Source of the DNA: Squalus acanthias
Taxonomy: Eukaryota
Assembly (NCBI GenBank): GCA_030390025.1
Contig: CM059431.1
Location: forward strand, 120,840,001-120,904,000
Direction: 5' to 3'
DNA: 64,000 nt
In this document: positions 36,001 to 49,480 of the stretch, one piece after another
Numbering within the stretch: position 1 is the stretch's first letter
How the letters are laid out: every line of letters begins with the position of its first letter
The notes under the pieces: generated by a model
What the model was told of the DNA's origin: nothing
The model's database searches: none
The model's input: only the letters and a program-made list of their open reading frames with translations
Translations under genes and position numbers: made by a program

Positions 36001-36574
36001 GTGCAGATGAGGGGGAAGGTGGGGGCTGAAAGCACTGAGGATAGACCTGGGACTAAGGAACGGGTGTTAGGAGTAGAAATACTAGGGGGGAGATAGGGTT
36101 GTGAACCACTGATGTTTGGGGTTGGAAGCTGCAGAGTCAGGTCCAGAGTATAGGCCTGGATCCCAAGTACTGGCCCAAGTCGGGAAGTGACTAGACCCAG
36201 GAATGTAGCATAGGCACCAGCTGGGAGCACAATAGTGATGCCTCACCAGAGTCTGGCAGATTGGGTGAGCAGGATGTCCAGGAAGCACGTAGCTTGGGGG
36301 AATGACCCAGTGGGACCTTGAAATACCGAGGGCAGATGGGCAAGTGAGTTAGCAGGCTGGGCAGCACTCAGAGTGGTCATAAGCTAGTAGACTGGGAATC
36401 ACTCAAAGCAAGTGGGAGGGCCGAAAGCACTCAGGATAAGCTAGCGAACGGGTAGGTAGGTGGGCTGAGTTAAAATACTCTAGGCCTCATTCTTGGAGCA
36501 CCTCCCAGCTCCACATTCAGTTCCCCCTGAATATACAGATAGGCCACAAAACACTCACGCTGGGTGATCAAGTG

Positions 36575-37570
36575 CATAGAGTCATAGAGTCATAGAGTCA
36601 TAGAGTTATACAGCACAGAAAGAGGCCCTTCGGCCCATCGTGTCCACGCCGGCCATCAAGCCCTGTCTATTCTAATCCCATTTTTCAGCACTTGGTCCGT
36701 AGCCTTGTATGCTATGGTGTTTCAAGTGCTCATCTAAATGCTTCTTGAATGTGGTGAGGGTTGATGCCTCTACCACCCTTTCAGGCAGTGAGTTCCAGAT
36801 TCCAACCACCGTCTGGGTGAAAAAGATTTTCCTCAAATCCCCTCTAAACCTCTTGCCCCTTACCTTGAAACTATGGCCCCTTATTATTGACCCCTCTACT
36901 AAGGGGAAAAGTTCCTTTCTATCTACCCTATCTATGCCCCTCATAATTTTGTACACCTCAATCAGGTTCCCCCTCAGCCTTCTCTGCTCTAAGGAAAACA
37001 ACCCCAGCCTGTCCAGTCTCTCTTCATAGCTGAAGCGCTCCAGCCCAGGTAACATCCTGGTGAATCTCCTCTGCACCCTCTCCAATGCAATCACATCCTT
37101 CCTATAGTGTGGCGACCAGAACTGCACACAGTATTCCAGCTGTGGCCTAACTAGCACTTTGTACAGCTCCATCATAACCTCCCTGCTCTTATATTCTATG
37201 CCTCGGCTAATGAAGGCAAGTATCCCATATGCCTTCTTAACCACCTTATCTACCTGTCCTGCTGCCTTCAGGGATCTATGTACATGCACACCATGGTCCC
37301 TCTGATCCTCTGTCCTTCCTAGGGTCCTACCATTCATTGTGTATTCCCTTGCCTTGTTAGTCCTCCCAAAATGCATCACCTCTCACTTTTCAGGGTTAAA
37401 TTCCATTTGCCACTGTTCTGCCCATCTGACCAACCCGCCTATATCGTCCTGTAGCCTGAGGCTTCCCTCCTCGCTATTTACCACCCCACCAATTTTCATG
37501 TCATCTGCAAACTTACTGATCATACCTCCTACATTCATATCTAAATCATTAATGTACACTGCAAACAGCA
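36575..37570 (-). mobile_element. CR1 (HER1-like) LINE 3' fragment, young
   Basis: Intact 235-aa ORF 36672-37379 (LVRPQLEYCVQFWSP..LERVQRRFTRM..LGLFSLEQRRLRG), upstream KFADD, tandem (CATAGAGT)n tail at 36575-36607. Confidence 0.92.
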
Positions 37571-38081
37571 CAAGCCAGCAATTACTGGGGGTAGGTGAGA
37601 ATGCAGGATAGAAAGCACTTGGTAGGGACAGCCTATGGTAGCCTATGCCTCGCTCAACCCGACCATAGCAGTTGTCAATCCTCTCTGCTGGTTTTCTTTG
37701 GAGCTGTGTCAGAGCTATGTAGCTGCATAATTGTTTTGTCAGAGATGGGGCCATTCAATTATTGATCAGGTTTCATCAGAATGTTGGGGCCCAAGTCTTA
37801 AATCCAGGCCTGCGTATTTGGAGCAAAAAACAAACCAGAGCAGTATTTAGTATTCCTGGGAGGGGATGAGTAGAGAGGCTGGGCAATGAAAGGATGGGAG
37901 TGGTGAACAACAATAAACAATGTACTTTAATAAACATACATTGCATAGAGAAACAAGTTCTTATATATGGTTATTTACATTATTCACCACAAATCATTCA
38001 ACGGTACATGGTTTACATTGTTTTGATGTTTTATACAAAATAATTAGTTATCTCACAGGCATTAGGCCTCTTCCATCACTA

Positions 38082-38691
38082 ATAGAATCATAGAATGGTT
38101 ACAGCACAGAAGGAGGCCATTCAGCCCGTCCAGCCCGTGCCGGCTCTCTGAAAGAGCACTTCAGCTAGTTCCACTCCCCCGCCCATTCCCTGTAGCCCTG
38201 CAATTTTTTTTCCTTTAGGTACTTATCCAATTCCCTTTTGAAAGCCATGATTGAATCTGCCTCCACCATCCTTTCAGGCAGTGCTTTCCAGATCATAACC
38301 ACTCGCTGTGTAAAAAAGTTTTCCTCATGCCGCCTTTGGTTCTTCTGCCAATCACCTTAAATCTGTGTCCTCTGGTTCTTGACCCTTCCGCCAATGGGAA
38401 TAGTTTCTCTCTATCTACTCTATCCAGACACCTCATGATTTTGAACATCTCTAACAGATCTCCTCTCAATCTTCTCTGCTCTAAGGAGAACAATCCCAGT
38501 TTCTCCAGTCTATCCACGTAACTGAAGTCCCTCATCCCTGGAACCATTCTTGTAAATCTTTTCTGCACCCTCTCTAAGCCCTTCCCATCCTTCCTAAAGT
38601 TCGGTGCCCAGAATTGGACACAGTACTCCAGTTGAGGCCGAGCCAGTGTTTTATAAAGGTTCATCATAACATTCTTGCTTTTGTACTCTAT
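38082..38691 (-). mobile_element. CR1 LINE 3' fragment (continues at 40169-40203 after MITE insertion)
   Basis: ORF 38293-38706(-) LARPQLEYCVQFWAP..LERVQKRFTRMVPG. Confidence 0.9.
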
Positions 38692-40168
38692 GCGCTGGAT
38701 TTTCATTGACCCGTGGAGGCGGGTTTGGAGGCGTGTGGGGGGTTAAAATTGCGAAAACTGGCGGGCGGGCACAAGTCCGCCTCCATCCCGCCTCCACGCA
38801 ATTTTCATTAAATCGTGTCTGCTGGTCCCGACTCCGTCCCACCTCTAAGAGGCGGGATAGGCTGTTAAGACCCTTAACAAGCACTAAATTGCCTCTATAA
38901 TGCCATTTTGAAAGGCCTTTGTGATTTTAACCCTTTTTCTACATGAAGCACGCCTGTTCTGAACCACGAATGTGAAACCTGGCAGGAGCACATTTGGATA
39001 GCAGGCAGGCAGGCAGGCTGGCTGGCTGGCTGGCTGTGCATATGTGGATGGATGGATGTATATATGGATGGATGGAGAGGAGACATATCTGGGAGTGGTG
39101 GTGTAAAAATATCTGGGAGCAGACTTAGGACTGCTGCTGCTCATTTTGCAGGTCCTCTCACAGCAAAGGCCAGGCAGTCTCTGAAGACCTTCAATGCAGC
39201 AGCAATGATGACATCACCAGAGGCGACTTTCAGACTGAAAACACTAAGGGGTAAAAATTGAGTCGCGCCCCATTTGGGGCGCTAACCTCGCCGGGGCGCG
39301 ACTTTTAGCGCCCCGAAAAAATTAGCGGCCCCGCGCCGGAACTTCAGTAGTTGCGCCCCAAGAGGGAAGCGGGGCGCCACTGGAAGCACCCCGCATCCCT
39401 CTTGGGGCGCTGCGAGGGAATATCCTGGCGCTACGTGCCGCAGCGCCATGCGCTGCGGCACGTCGCGCCGCGGTATTGCAGGCCTTCCTCCCCTTCTTAA
39501 AGGGGAGGGACCCTGCGCAGCGCGAACCGGGGCCCAGCTGGGCCCCCAGGGATCGGGAGTGCCGGCAAAAGAGCCCGGCACTCAAGAGAAGTGCCGGGCT
39601 CTTGGAGCGCAGCCGGCACTTCACGGTGGGGGGGCTTCACGGGGGCCGGGGACAGCAACGGGGGCAGGTGCTGGCAGGCGGCCAGCAACAAAAATGGCCG
39701 CCTGCCACCTCCCCTTTAAATATCGCCGCCCCGGCCGCACGTACGCCTCCCTGAACCCGTCGGACATAGCGTCTGGTGGTAAATCAGGGGGCGCGACTGA
39801 AGATCACGGCCGGGGCGCGAGCGGGGTGCTGCGCACGGCGATGACGTCATCGCCGGCGGCGCAGCGCCACAGGGCGCTACCGGCTGCCACCGCCGCTAAC
39901 CTCCCGCTGAATTTTTCGGGAGGCGTGGGCGGCGCTGCGCCCGGGCGTTAGCTGCTTTACGCCCCATTAGCGCCCTCTTAAGGTGCTAACGGGAGGCGCA
40001 AGCAGCTGAATTTTTCCCCCTAAGTGATTCATGGGTTCCCACATGCTGGAACTCAATTGCCCAATTAGGTGAAAATTGCATCAATCTCCCACATCCAATT
40101 GCAGTCAGGTGGATAACAGGAAAGTGGATGACACGACCCCAACCCGCCCCAGTATCAAAATCCAGCCC
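38692..40168. mobile_element. Harbinger-type MITE (host of nested MITE)
   Basis: Ends GCGCTGGATTTT / AAAATCCAGCCC. 3-bp TSD TAT at 38689-38691 and 40169-40171. Removal restores CR1 TACTCTATGCCTCTATTT. Confidence 0.8.
39248..40020. mobile_element. Young GC/CpG-rich Harbinger MITE (773 bp)
   Basis: TIRs GGGGTAAAAATTGAG / CTGAATTTTTCCCCC. TSD TAA at 39245-39247 and 40021-40023. Subterminal CGCCCCATTTGGGGCGCTAA is shared with the left end of the 47108 element. Confidence 0.88.
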
Positions 40169-41207
40169 TATGCCTCTATTTATGAAGCCCAGGATCCCAT
40201 ATGCTCAATGGAAATAATTTATTTCAGTTCATTTAAACCTGTAAACGCCTGGTTTTATCGGTGCCAAAAAAGGCACAGCTAAAGGCAAATGTTGATATAG
40301 TGTCTACTTCATCTTGGTCAGCAGCAGCTCTGTCTTTCCTCCTTATTGAATGCACTTCTGATGCCATCCAAAACAAACAGGAAATCAGCATTTTTTTTAA
40401 GAGCTACATCAGACTAAACTCTCATCTTTAAAGATAACACTGGAAGAAAGAAATTGAAGGAATTATTTCTGTCCTGACATGTGCCAATATGACAAGTACC
40501 TTCAAAATGAATTTGCTCATTATTGGAAAGATTAAGGAGTCACCTGGTTTCCATGGAGTCAATCTTAATCTGCTGTATAGCAAATGTGAGGCAAACTTCA
40601 AGGTGTGGATGACTTCAGCGAGTAGCTGAATGGGATTAATGATCAGCAAATGCACAAGGTATGAAATCTGCAATCATTCGGGACAATTGCACATGTCTTA
40701 CCTTGACAAATGCAAACTAATTTATTGGCTCCAAACACATAATTGATATAGGTGATGGACCCAAGTTTTAATTAAAAAGTTAAAGCAGCATTACAGGAGT
40801 AGAATGGGGGATCAAATGTTATGTACCATTGAAGATGGCAGTGAATGGACAGGATCACAAATAGCCAAATTGATTAATTTCCCTCCTGCAATTCCTACGT
40901 TGATTTCTGCCTAAAGTGCAGCGAAAGCTACAACAATTAAAAATACTGCTTTGCGAAAATTGATGTGTCTCTGTATCTGATGAAGAAACTACTATGATGG
41001 AGAATGTGCAGTCAGCTGTGGGAATAACTGCTGACTAACTTGAGCAGCTGGTTGGAATTGACAACACAGCACAGTGCTCTGGACTTATGACTGATGCTGA
41101 CATCTGTCAATCTGCACTGGTAGGAATAGTACTGAAGTAGGAGGGAATGATAATGTGTGCCACCTTCACTGAAATTTGGAAGAGACTACAAATGCCTTGA
41201 AGAGAGA

Positions 41208-41650
41208 AAGAAAGACTTGCATTTATATAGCACCTTTCAGGACCTCAGGATGTCCAAAGTGCTATACAGCCAATGAAGTACTTGTGAAGTGTAATCGCTG
41301 TTGTAATGTAGGAAATGCGGCAGCCAATTTGTGCACAGCAAGCTCCCACAAACAGCAATGTGATAATGACCAGATAATCTGCTTTAGGGATGTTGGTTGA
41401 GGGATGAATATTGGTCAGGACACTGTGAAAATTTCCCATGCTGTTCTTCAAAATATTACCATGGGACCTTTTACGTCTACCCTTGAGGGCAGACAGGGCC
41501 TCAGTTGAACATCTCATCCAAGAGACAGCACCTCCAACAGTGCAGCACTCCCTCAGTACTCTCCAGATTTTGCACTCAGGTCTCTGGAGTGGGACTTCAA
41601 TCCACAACCTTCTGACTTAGAAGCAAGAGTGCTACCACTGAGCCACAGTT
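41208..41650 (-). mobile_element. Deu-domain tRNA SINE (SacSINE1-like)
   Basis: tRNA-like head on the minus strand near 41590-41650, Deu-type body, L2-like tail (GCTATATAAATGCAAGTCTTTC). Confidence 0.8.
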
Positions 41651-44600
41651 GAAACCATACACTTACATCCAGGCTTCAGTGGCTGTCATAATTGTGATAT
41701 AGAGACAAGCAACTGCTGCTGAAGCTTTGTATCTCCAATGGATAGAACCACTATTTAATAAGGTATGTTATACGTGCATGTTGCGATCAGGAGGATAGTG
41801 GCAATTTACTGATATATTTTTAGGTGATTAATGCTGCTCACAATGCCACTTGTGAGGTGTTCCTGGTACCTGTTTTTCACCTAATGAGAGCTTAAACCTA
41901 TTTTTGTCAGTTGTCTAATGACCAGTTAAGGACTATCCATTTTGGGGGAGAGGTTGATAGAATCATTCTAGGGTCAAGATTGAATTGAGTGACCCCTCCG
42001 TGGCAGTTTTGGATATTCAATACCTGTGCTCAGCATGTTTACAGTATTCCAGAACACACAGCTGACGATTGACTAGCCAGCCTTGTCCATTAGTGGGACC
42101 TTGAGGAGTAGATCTTGTTAAATGGTCCTATTGTCTCAGAGCCTCCTTTCCTTTACAAACAGTAGTCCTTGAACACTCCCGAGTTCCAAACACTTTTTTA
42201 ATGCACACACAACAAAGCCAGACCACACAGTGCCTCTTTCAGCTCTCCAACTCCCTGCCTCTTTCAGGCCCCTACTGCTCCTGAACCTTCCCTTTTATGT
42301 TCACTTGGCTGGGGAAAGTCTCCTCCCACTCCAGGCGCAATTATCTTTAAAGGGGACGTTTTTAAAGGGGCCATACCCTTACACGAGGGTCAGAACCCTC
42401 ACCAGCCTGCGGCTGAAATACTGGCCCTCAATCGCCCTGCTGCAATCTGCATTGGGACGCAGCGGCCCGAATTCCATTGTTGGTTTGCTGGCAAGCTGCC
42501 TGGGGTCTCCCAGACTGCATCTGCAGCTTGCTGGTCTCATTCAAATGAGGCTCGGGCTGATCGGGAGGGTGTGGTGCAATCAGGAGAGGGAGGGATAGGG
42601 GCAATTGGGAGGGGCAATAAGTGGTCAGGAAGGAAGAGGCCGATCGGGAAGGGGCCGAGTGGGGGCCGGCAACCATCTTCGGCACTGCAGTACAGCCAGG
42701 AGCAACTCTCCTGCCCCGTACTTACATAGCAAAGGGCTGTTACGTCCATAAAACGGACACAATGTCAACCAATTTCTAGGCCAATGTGTCCTATATCAGG
42801 CAAACAGAAACTCTACCTGCGTGAATTTCTCAACAGGTTGATTGAAGACTTTTTAGCAGGAGTTTCAGTGTATATCACACACCCGCTGACCAAAAAAAAT
42901 GTTGAGCATCTTCTGACATTTGATACATTAGATAACTGCATCCACCACGTACTGTTTGGCAGAATGGGAAGACAGGCCAAGAATTATTGCTGTTGTTGTT
43001 TTAACTGTTGCTCTTAATTTTTGTACCATCAACCAGGTTTACCTGCTTTTGAATGTTTCAAAAATAAATAACTTAATTTGAATTAAAGTATTTGGAGATG
43101 CTTCTCTCACTTTTTCTAATTATGTCAAATGCTTTGCTTTTTTTTTAAGAGTTATGTGCATATAATATTTTTTCTTTGTTAGATTGGCAATCATTATATT
43201 CACTTTGTTTACACAGAGGGTTATTAAAAATTGGGCTATTATACTAAACAAATTTGATTACATTTTGCGTGATAGCAGAGGTCTGGAGGGAAAAGAATAA
43301 CTGATCTGAAATGTGAGACTAGCTTCAAAATTATAATTAATTGGGGAAAATATATATATTTTTTAAACTCAAGACTGTGCCTCACTAGAAAAAAGATCAG
43401 ATCATTGGGGCTCCACACCACTTCAGTTTCTGCAGGATTTAGTGGGTGATAAATGCTGTTTTTATTTCCCAGAGATGTACTCATAAATTATGTAAAAAAT
43501 TCTCTTGCTCTGCCAGCAGATCGAGGGAAATGCATATTTCCCTTGGCTACTCAGATTTTCATCTCGCTCACTCTTATTGTGAAACACTGTTATAAGCATA
43601 AAACTGTTCAAATGTCAGCAGTAGTTTTGTCACTATAACATAAACCCATGTAGCTAATATATAATTCAATTAAAAATAAAAGCATTTAACCACTACTTTC
43701 TGCTTGGTTGTTCCTCCCTATTGCCTTCTACCCTCTTCTCTCATTCATTTTTTTAAAATTTAATTTTAATTTCTTCCAATCTAATCTGACATAATCTTCT
43801 CCGTGCCTTTATTTTTATTCAAAATAAACTTGTATGAAAACATTTTACTTGTTTAATCTTACCTTCGGGCCTCACTACCTATTTTAACGTTTCCAAAAAA
43901 GAATGGTCTTTCAATACCTGGAAAAAAAAAGTGCAAAGCAAAAACCTAAACACTTGGTTGTATCTGTGACTAAGTCAAACTCCGACACGTAAAAATGTGT
44001 CCAATTTGCCATTGAATGAGTAAATGTATCCCTGCACTAAGGGCTAACGGAGAGCAATTTACCTTTTAAAATATACTTCTCAATATCTTGCAAAGTCTTC
44101 AAAATCTGACATAATGTCATTTATTGTGTATAAAATAAATTAATTATTGTCTCTCTGTTTTGCAGAAAGCAATATTGTCAACGCACCTTCAGTTCGCGGA
44201 CAATTTAATTTCAGCAGTTAATGCATGTTTTTCATATTTCTACAGATGATGCCTGCGTATTAATTTCTTTAGAGTCTGCACAAAAAGACACAACTGTCAT
44301 TTCAGAGGCAGAGAGGGAAATTACCAGGATGCAAATGAGTTACCTACAAATGGGAGCACAACACAGCCTCAATGTCAAAGGAACTGAGTTCCACTTCATT
44401 GACTGTTTTATTATTGCGAGAACTTCATATCTTTGGCAGGATTTATCATAAATTCTTATCTGGATGGACCAAACAAGGAAGTGAGTCTAGTGAAAAAGGA
44501 TATTGTTACAGATGAAATACATTGAACAGCAGACTATTACTCATCAGTTCCACCACACACCCACAGCACAGTAGAGTAACCATGAAGGTTGTTAGATTGC

Positions 44601-44654
44601 CATACAAACTTAATTGGCTCACTAATGTCCTGCAGGAAAGGGATGTGCTGCCCC

Positions 44655-45464
44655 CACGCACCACCCCCCCCCCCCAACTGGTCTGGCCTACTTATGGCTC
44701 CAGGGTCACACATTGGGCTGGATTTTGCTGTAGAAATAATGGTGAGGCTAACAGCAACCTTCAGCAACCCCACATACACACTTACATGCGGAAATGCAAA
44801 AGTTGCTGTCCGAGTTGCCCTGCTCCTCCAGAAGCTGTGCTATATCAGTATCTTGCCGAAAGACTCGCCATTGAAATACATGGAACAGCGCAAAGTTGCT
44901 GTGCTTACGTGATAGATACACACTAAACTTGCCAGAAATAGTTAGGGATTGTCCATTCCAGTGTAAGTGAATTTTTAATGGGTGATAAGTCTTAATTACT
45001 GCCAAACAACCTCTCTGGTACTGAAAATTAGCCTTTACAAGTATGGAGTCTCAATCCTTCAGATTTTAATTGTTGTTGGAGATTTAAAAAAATACAAAAT
45101 GTAATTTTGCTTTATTCTTTCTTTCCGTCTCTTTTATCTCTCACTCTTAATCTCATCTTTCTATCCATCTCTTTATTTTGCTTTCTGTACCTGATTTGAC
45201 ATTGAATTAAATATTCGAACTGACACTTCCTAATCAGACTCTGCGGTGCACGTTAACAATTCTTCAATCTCATTGGTTAAGGAGATACACAGTTGTGCGG
45301 CCTGTTTACACAGGTCCCAGATCCCCTGTAGAGGGCGCTGCACCAAAATGGCTCTCTAATCACAGTAAGTTCCAGTGCAAAATCCCATCGAAGGTCTGCA
45401 GGCAAGTGCAAGTGTAATGACTGGCTGGCGCCATTCATTCGCCACTGAGCACAAAATCCAGCCC
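44655..45464. mobile_element. Harbinger-type non-autonomous element
   Basis: Termini GGGCTGGATTTTG (near 44715) and CAAAATCCAGCCC (45452-45464); left boundary approximate. Confidence 0.55.
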
Positions 45465-46554
45465 TATGTGATTGACTCTTAGTGCCCTCAGGGCAGTTTA
45501 GATTGGGCAACAGATATTGCCTTGCCAGTTATCCTCATATCCCAAGAACAAATTTGTAAAAATTATCCAACATGTTAGCAATTCAGAATGTCTCTGAATC
45601 TGTACAGTTTGATCCAGGTGCCAATACATGCCAGTAGTTAATCATATGATGCAACTTGACTAAATGTAGTTAGAAGAGAAAATTGGCTCTACAGTTAATC
45701 TACCTACCATGTTGAACTTCTTCACAGTTCCAGGATGTGAACCATAGAACTCATTTAGGTCAATCTGTGGGGATTGTAGGGCCAGAACCCACTGCCACTA
45801 TGGTTGAGGTATCACTTCATCCAAAGTCTGACTGTAGAGGGGGTTTTGAGAGAAGTGTTCTCTCAAAGCTTTGCACATGGTACTTTGTAAATTATGTAGA
45901 CCGTGAACAAATACATTCAATTAGTGAGAAATTTTCATCTAAAGCACATCAATAGCACATGGGGAAGTGTGTGTTACACTTCAAAGGGTCACAGATGCAA
46001 AGTGTACCTCACACTTTCTAAATCAATTGCAAATATCCGATTGACTCGAAGATCCATTACCTGCAAGTTATGATGATTTGGTGAAATTCAGACAGATAGG
46101 AAAAGTTACCAATCCACCAGCGTACACAAAACTAACTAATCAAATGGCTAAAATAAAATTCAAACCTGTCCAATGTTTAGATAAAAGTAGTGAGATCCAA
46201 GATAGAACATAAAGCCCTGTCACCATACTCTGGACTATTACTTGTACCCCAGACTGAGTTCTGGTGTCATACAATATCACTCAAGGTAATTTCCAAATTC
46301 ATTTAAAAATATCCCTAAACAAATGACATTAAAAATAATATGGCTAAGGTTTTCCACTCCTATGCTCAGCAGCCAACATGATTCCACCTGTTAAAGTGAA
46401 TGGGTGAAAAATTGCAAACTGGTAAGTATAGAAGTTGAAAGTTCTGGCCTGTCGCTTATAACTAGATTAGGTGGTCAGCCATTTGCAGGATTCATAATGT
46501 TCCTACCCATACAAATAAAGCTGACAAACAAACAACACGGCTGGATTTTTTTTA

Positions 46555-46975
46555 TTTTTTCATTCACGGGATGTGGGCATTGCTGGCCAACATTTATTGT
46601 CCTTGAGAAGGTGGTGGTGAGTCACCTTCTTAAATCGCTGCAGTCCGTGTGGTGAAGGTACTCCCATAGTGCTGTTAGGTAGGGAGTTCCAGGATTTTGA
46701 CCCAGCGACGATGAAGGAATGGCAACATGTTTCCAAGTCAGGATGGTGTGTGACTTGGAGGGGAACTTGGAGGTGGTGGTGTGCCCATGTGCCTGCTGCC
46801 CTTGTCCTTCTAGGTGGTAGAGGTCGTGGGTTTGGGAGGTGCTGTCGAAGAAGTCTTGGCGAGTTGCTGCAATGCATCTTGTAGATGGTACACACTGCAG
46901 CCACGGTCTGCTGGTGGTGGAGGGAGTGAATATTTAAGGTGGTGGATGAGGTGCCAATCAAGTGGGCTGCTTTGC
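46555..46975 (-). mobile_element. CR1/L2-group LINE 3' fragment (13740 family)
   Basis: KAAHLIGTSSTTLNIHSLHH..YKMHCSNSPRLL..SWNSLPNS. Confidence 0.85.
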
Positions 46976-47450
46976 CTAAGGATGCTTGTATTTGAATTGG
47001 ATGGCTTGATGCCTTGAGTTGTTCCAAAGATTTTGAATTACTTTGACTGACATATTGGGGTATCTCCATTCAAAGGCAATGACATTACTCAACCCACAGA
47101 TATCAAAGGGCTAGAAACTCGGTATCGCCCCAATTGGGGCGCTAAATTTAAAAAGTTGTAGAATTAGCGCCAGGCACTAATCCTTCTGACCTCCCACTAA
47201 ATTGATTGTTCGCGCTCCAAGAAAGAACTGGAGTGCTAAATCAAGCACTAATCACCAGACTTACGGCACTAAACACAGAGAGTGGGGCGCTACCCGCAGA
47301 GCGATTACCAATTTCAGGTGCAGTCCAATTCACACTAGCTCCTTCCAGTTCTTAAAGGGGAGGTTCAATCATTCTGCACAATCTCATTCTCAACATTGCT
47401 GGCTCTGAAGGTGATCTCCAAGCAACTCAACAGCTACACCTCTTATCCTC

Positions 47451-49315
47451 ATGGCTGATCGCAGTCCCAGGGAGAGAGCTTGCCGTTTCAGCGACAGGCA
47501 TTGGAGGCATTGGTCGTGGCAGTCAAAAGGAGGGCAGTGCTGTTCCTGGCAGGAGGACATTGCCCCAGGTCTTCAGGGCAATGTGGAGGGAAGTGGCTCA
47601 GGACGTCTCGGCCAGCAGTGTGGTCCTCAGGACCCTCACACAGTGCCGTAAAAAATTCAACGACCTCACTCGGGTGGTCAGGGTGAGTACATGCTTCAAC
47701 AAGTCCCACATACCAGCATCTGAACCTCAGTCTGTACACACTGCACAAACCACCACACCCCCACCACTCACCCACCAAGCATCTCCACCCACTAAAACTC
47801 ACATCCACATCTCACGCCTTGCCTACAATCACAGCTATTCAACTATGGCAGGCACATCTCCCAAACACATAGCTGCACACTCACTCACACACTTTCCTTT
47901 CTCTTGCAGGCCAAGCTGGCCCATAATAGGAGGGAGCAGGAACAAACAGGCGGTGGTGAAGTGGGCATCCAACAGCTTACAGACCTGGAGGAGCGAGTGT
48001 TGCGAGTCATTGGGCGCCAGGTGGTGGGCGCCGTGACCGTCGGTGACATTGACCCCCTTGGGGACAACAATGGTATGTTCATCTCCTCTCCTTCTCTCAT
48101 CCCAATTCCCCCTCACACCACAAGCCTTTTCCACTTTCCAGCTCATTATACTGTCAACATTCCTTGCTCCCTTCCTGCCCCCCTGCCCTCACCTTAACGC
48201 GAGTCTTGTGCCTTTATGCTTTCAGGTAATCAGCAACCAGCTGACCAGCCTGTCCCTGAGCCTCCCAGTGAGAGTGAGGCGGGAGAAGAGGAGGAGGAAG
48301 AAAGCACCATGTCTCACCCGCAGGCACCACCTCAGATACTGGGACAACACAATCTTTAGAGGAAAGTTTGGTAGAGGGGTCTGCACTGGGTGATGCACCG
48401 GGGACGAGCGGGCTGCAGCAAGGCCAGGGGGAAAGGGTAGCTCGGGAGCCAGCTCCCTGGAGGGCGAGTTCGCACGTGAGTTCTGCTGCACTCAACTCAG
48501 ATGAGGACCTCGATGGGGAGGCGTTCACAAGAAGGGTGATGCACACTGAGATGATAGGTGCAATGGCAAGGGTGCCTGAGAGCCTGTCAGAAATAGTAAG
48601 GAGCATGGAGGAGTCCACCTCCAACATTGCACAGAGCTCTGCGCCACACCATGGAGCCTATCCTTGGTAGTCTGCAAACGATAGTGGATTCCCTGAGAGA
48701 CCGTGGTGACCCAGACCTCATGCCGCGTGTCATGGGCGATGTGGCAGCATCCACTGCAGCACAGGCGGAAACCACACAACTTCTTAGTACTGTAATGCAG
48801 TCAATGGTTGCTGCCACCGAGTCGCAGACTGTTTTCATGCAATCTCAGCTGTATGCCACACCAGCTCTGACTGCTGCCATCATTGCTGGGTCCACACAGT
48901 CCACCGGGGATCTCATGCTGTTGCAGCAGGCCAGCAATCTGTGCTCCAGCAGATTGGTAGGGATGCTGAGGTGCTGCCCCGGGGGAGTGACAGTTGGTCA
49001 ATGGAGCAGGAACCTGCTCTCCTCTCTCAAGATGACAGCATTCCTGCTCCCACCACTGGCACTCCGCCACTGCCTGTCATCCGGCCAGCCCAGACTGCCG
49101 CTGCCCAGCCTGAGGTGGTGCAGTGTACAGCCGGGCCTTCCAGACTCAGAGCTGGTCGAGGGAATCCTGCAAGGCCATCTGCAGTCTCTGGCACCGACAC
49201 GCAGCAGCCTTCCACCAGCCCTGCTGCAGCCACTGGGGAGACACTACATAAGAGTAGTAGATTAGGAAAAGGGATTGTAAAGAGGGGAAGTAAGGGTTTT
49301 CACAAGGGTGATTAG
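47451..49315 (+). pseudogene. Harbinger Myb/SANT-like gene, 3 exons (~47451-47682, 47910-48072, 48227-49315), frameshifted
   Basis: MADRSPRERACRFSD..MWREVAQDV..RTLTQCRKKFNDLTRV|AKLAHNRREQEQTGGG, with GT-AG introns. Confidence 0.8.
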
Positions 49316-49480
49316 TTAATATTGTTGTTGTATATATGTGTTTATTGAATGTTGATAAACTTATTAATCAAATTTTGCAGAAATTGTTCTGTCTCTCATT
49401 TCAGCTTTGCGCTGTAATATGGCAAGCAAAATGGATGAAATGATGGGGATATGGTCAGCAACCGAGATTTGGGGTAGAAT

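Noticed and set aside
38995..39075. (GGCA)n/(GGCT)n/(GGAT)n runs
   Set aside because: Ordinary compound microsatellite inside a MITE.
39282..39951. GC-rich ORFs / apparent host CpG-island promoter
   Set aside because: Entirely bounded by TIRs and a TAA TSD; the ORFs are compositional artefacts of a MITE.
44221..44451. 76-aa ORF near splice-like signals
   Set aside because: No recognisable homology, and frames are inconsistent with the nearby acceptor/donor sites.
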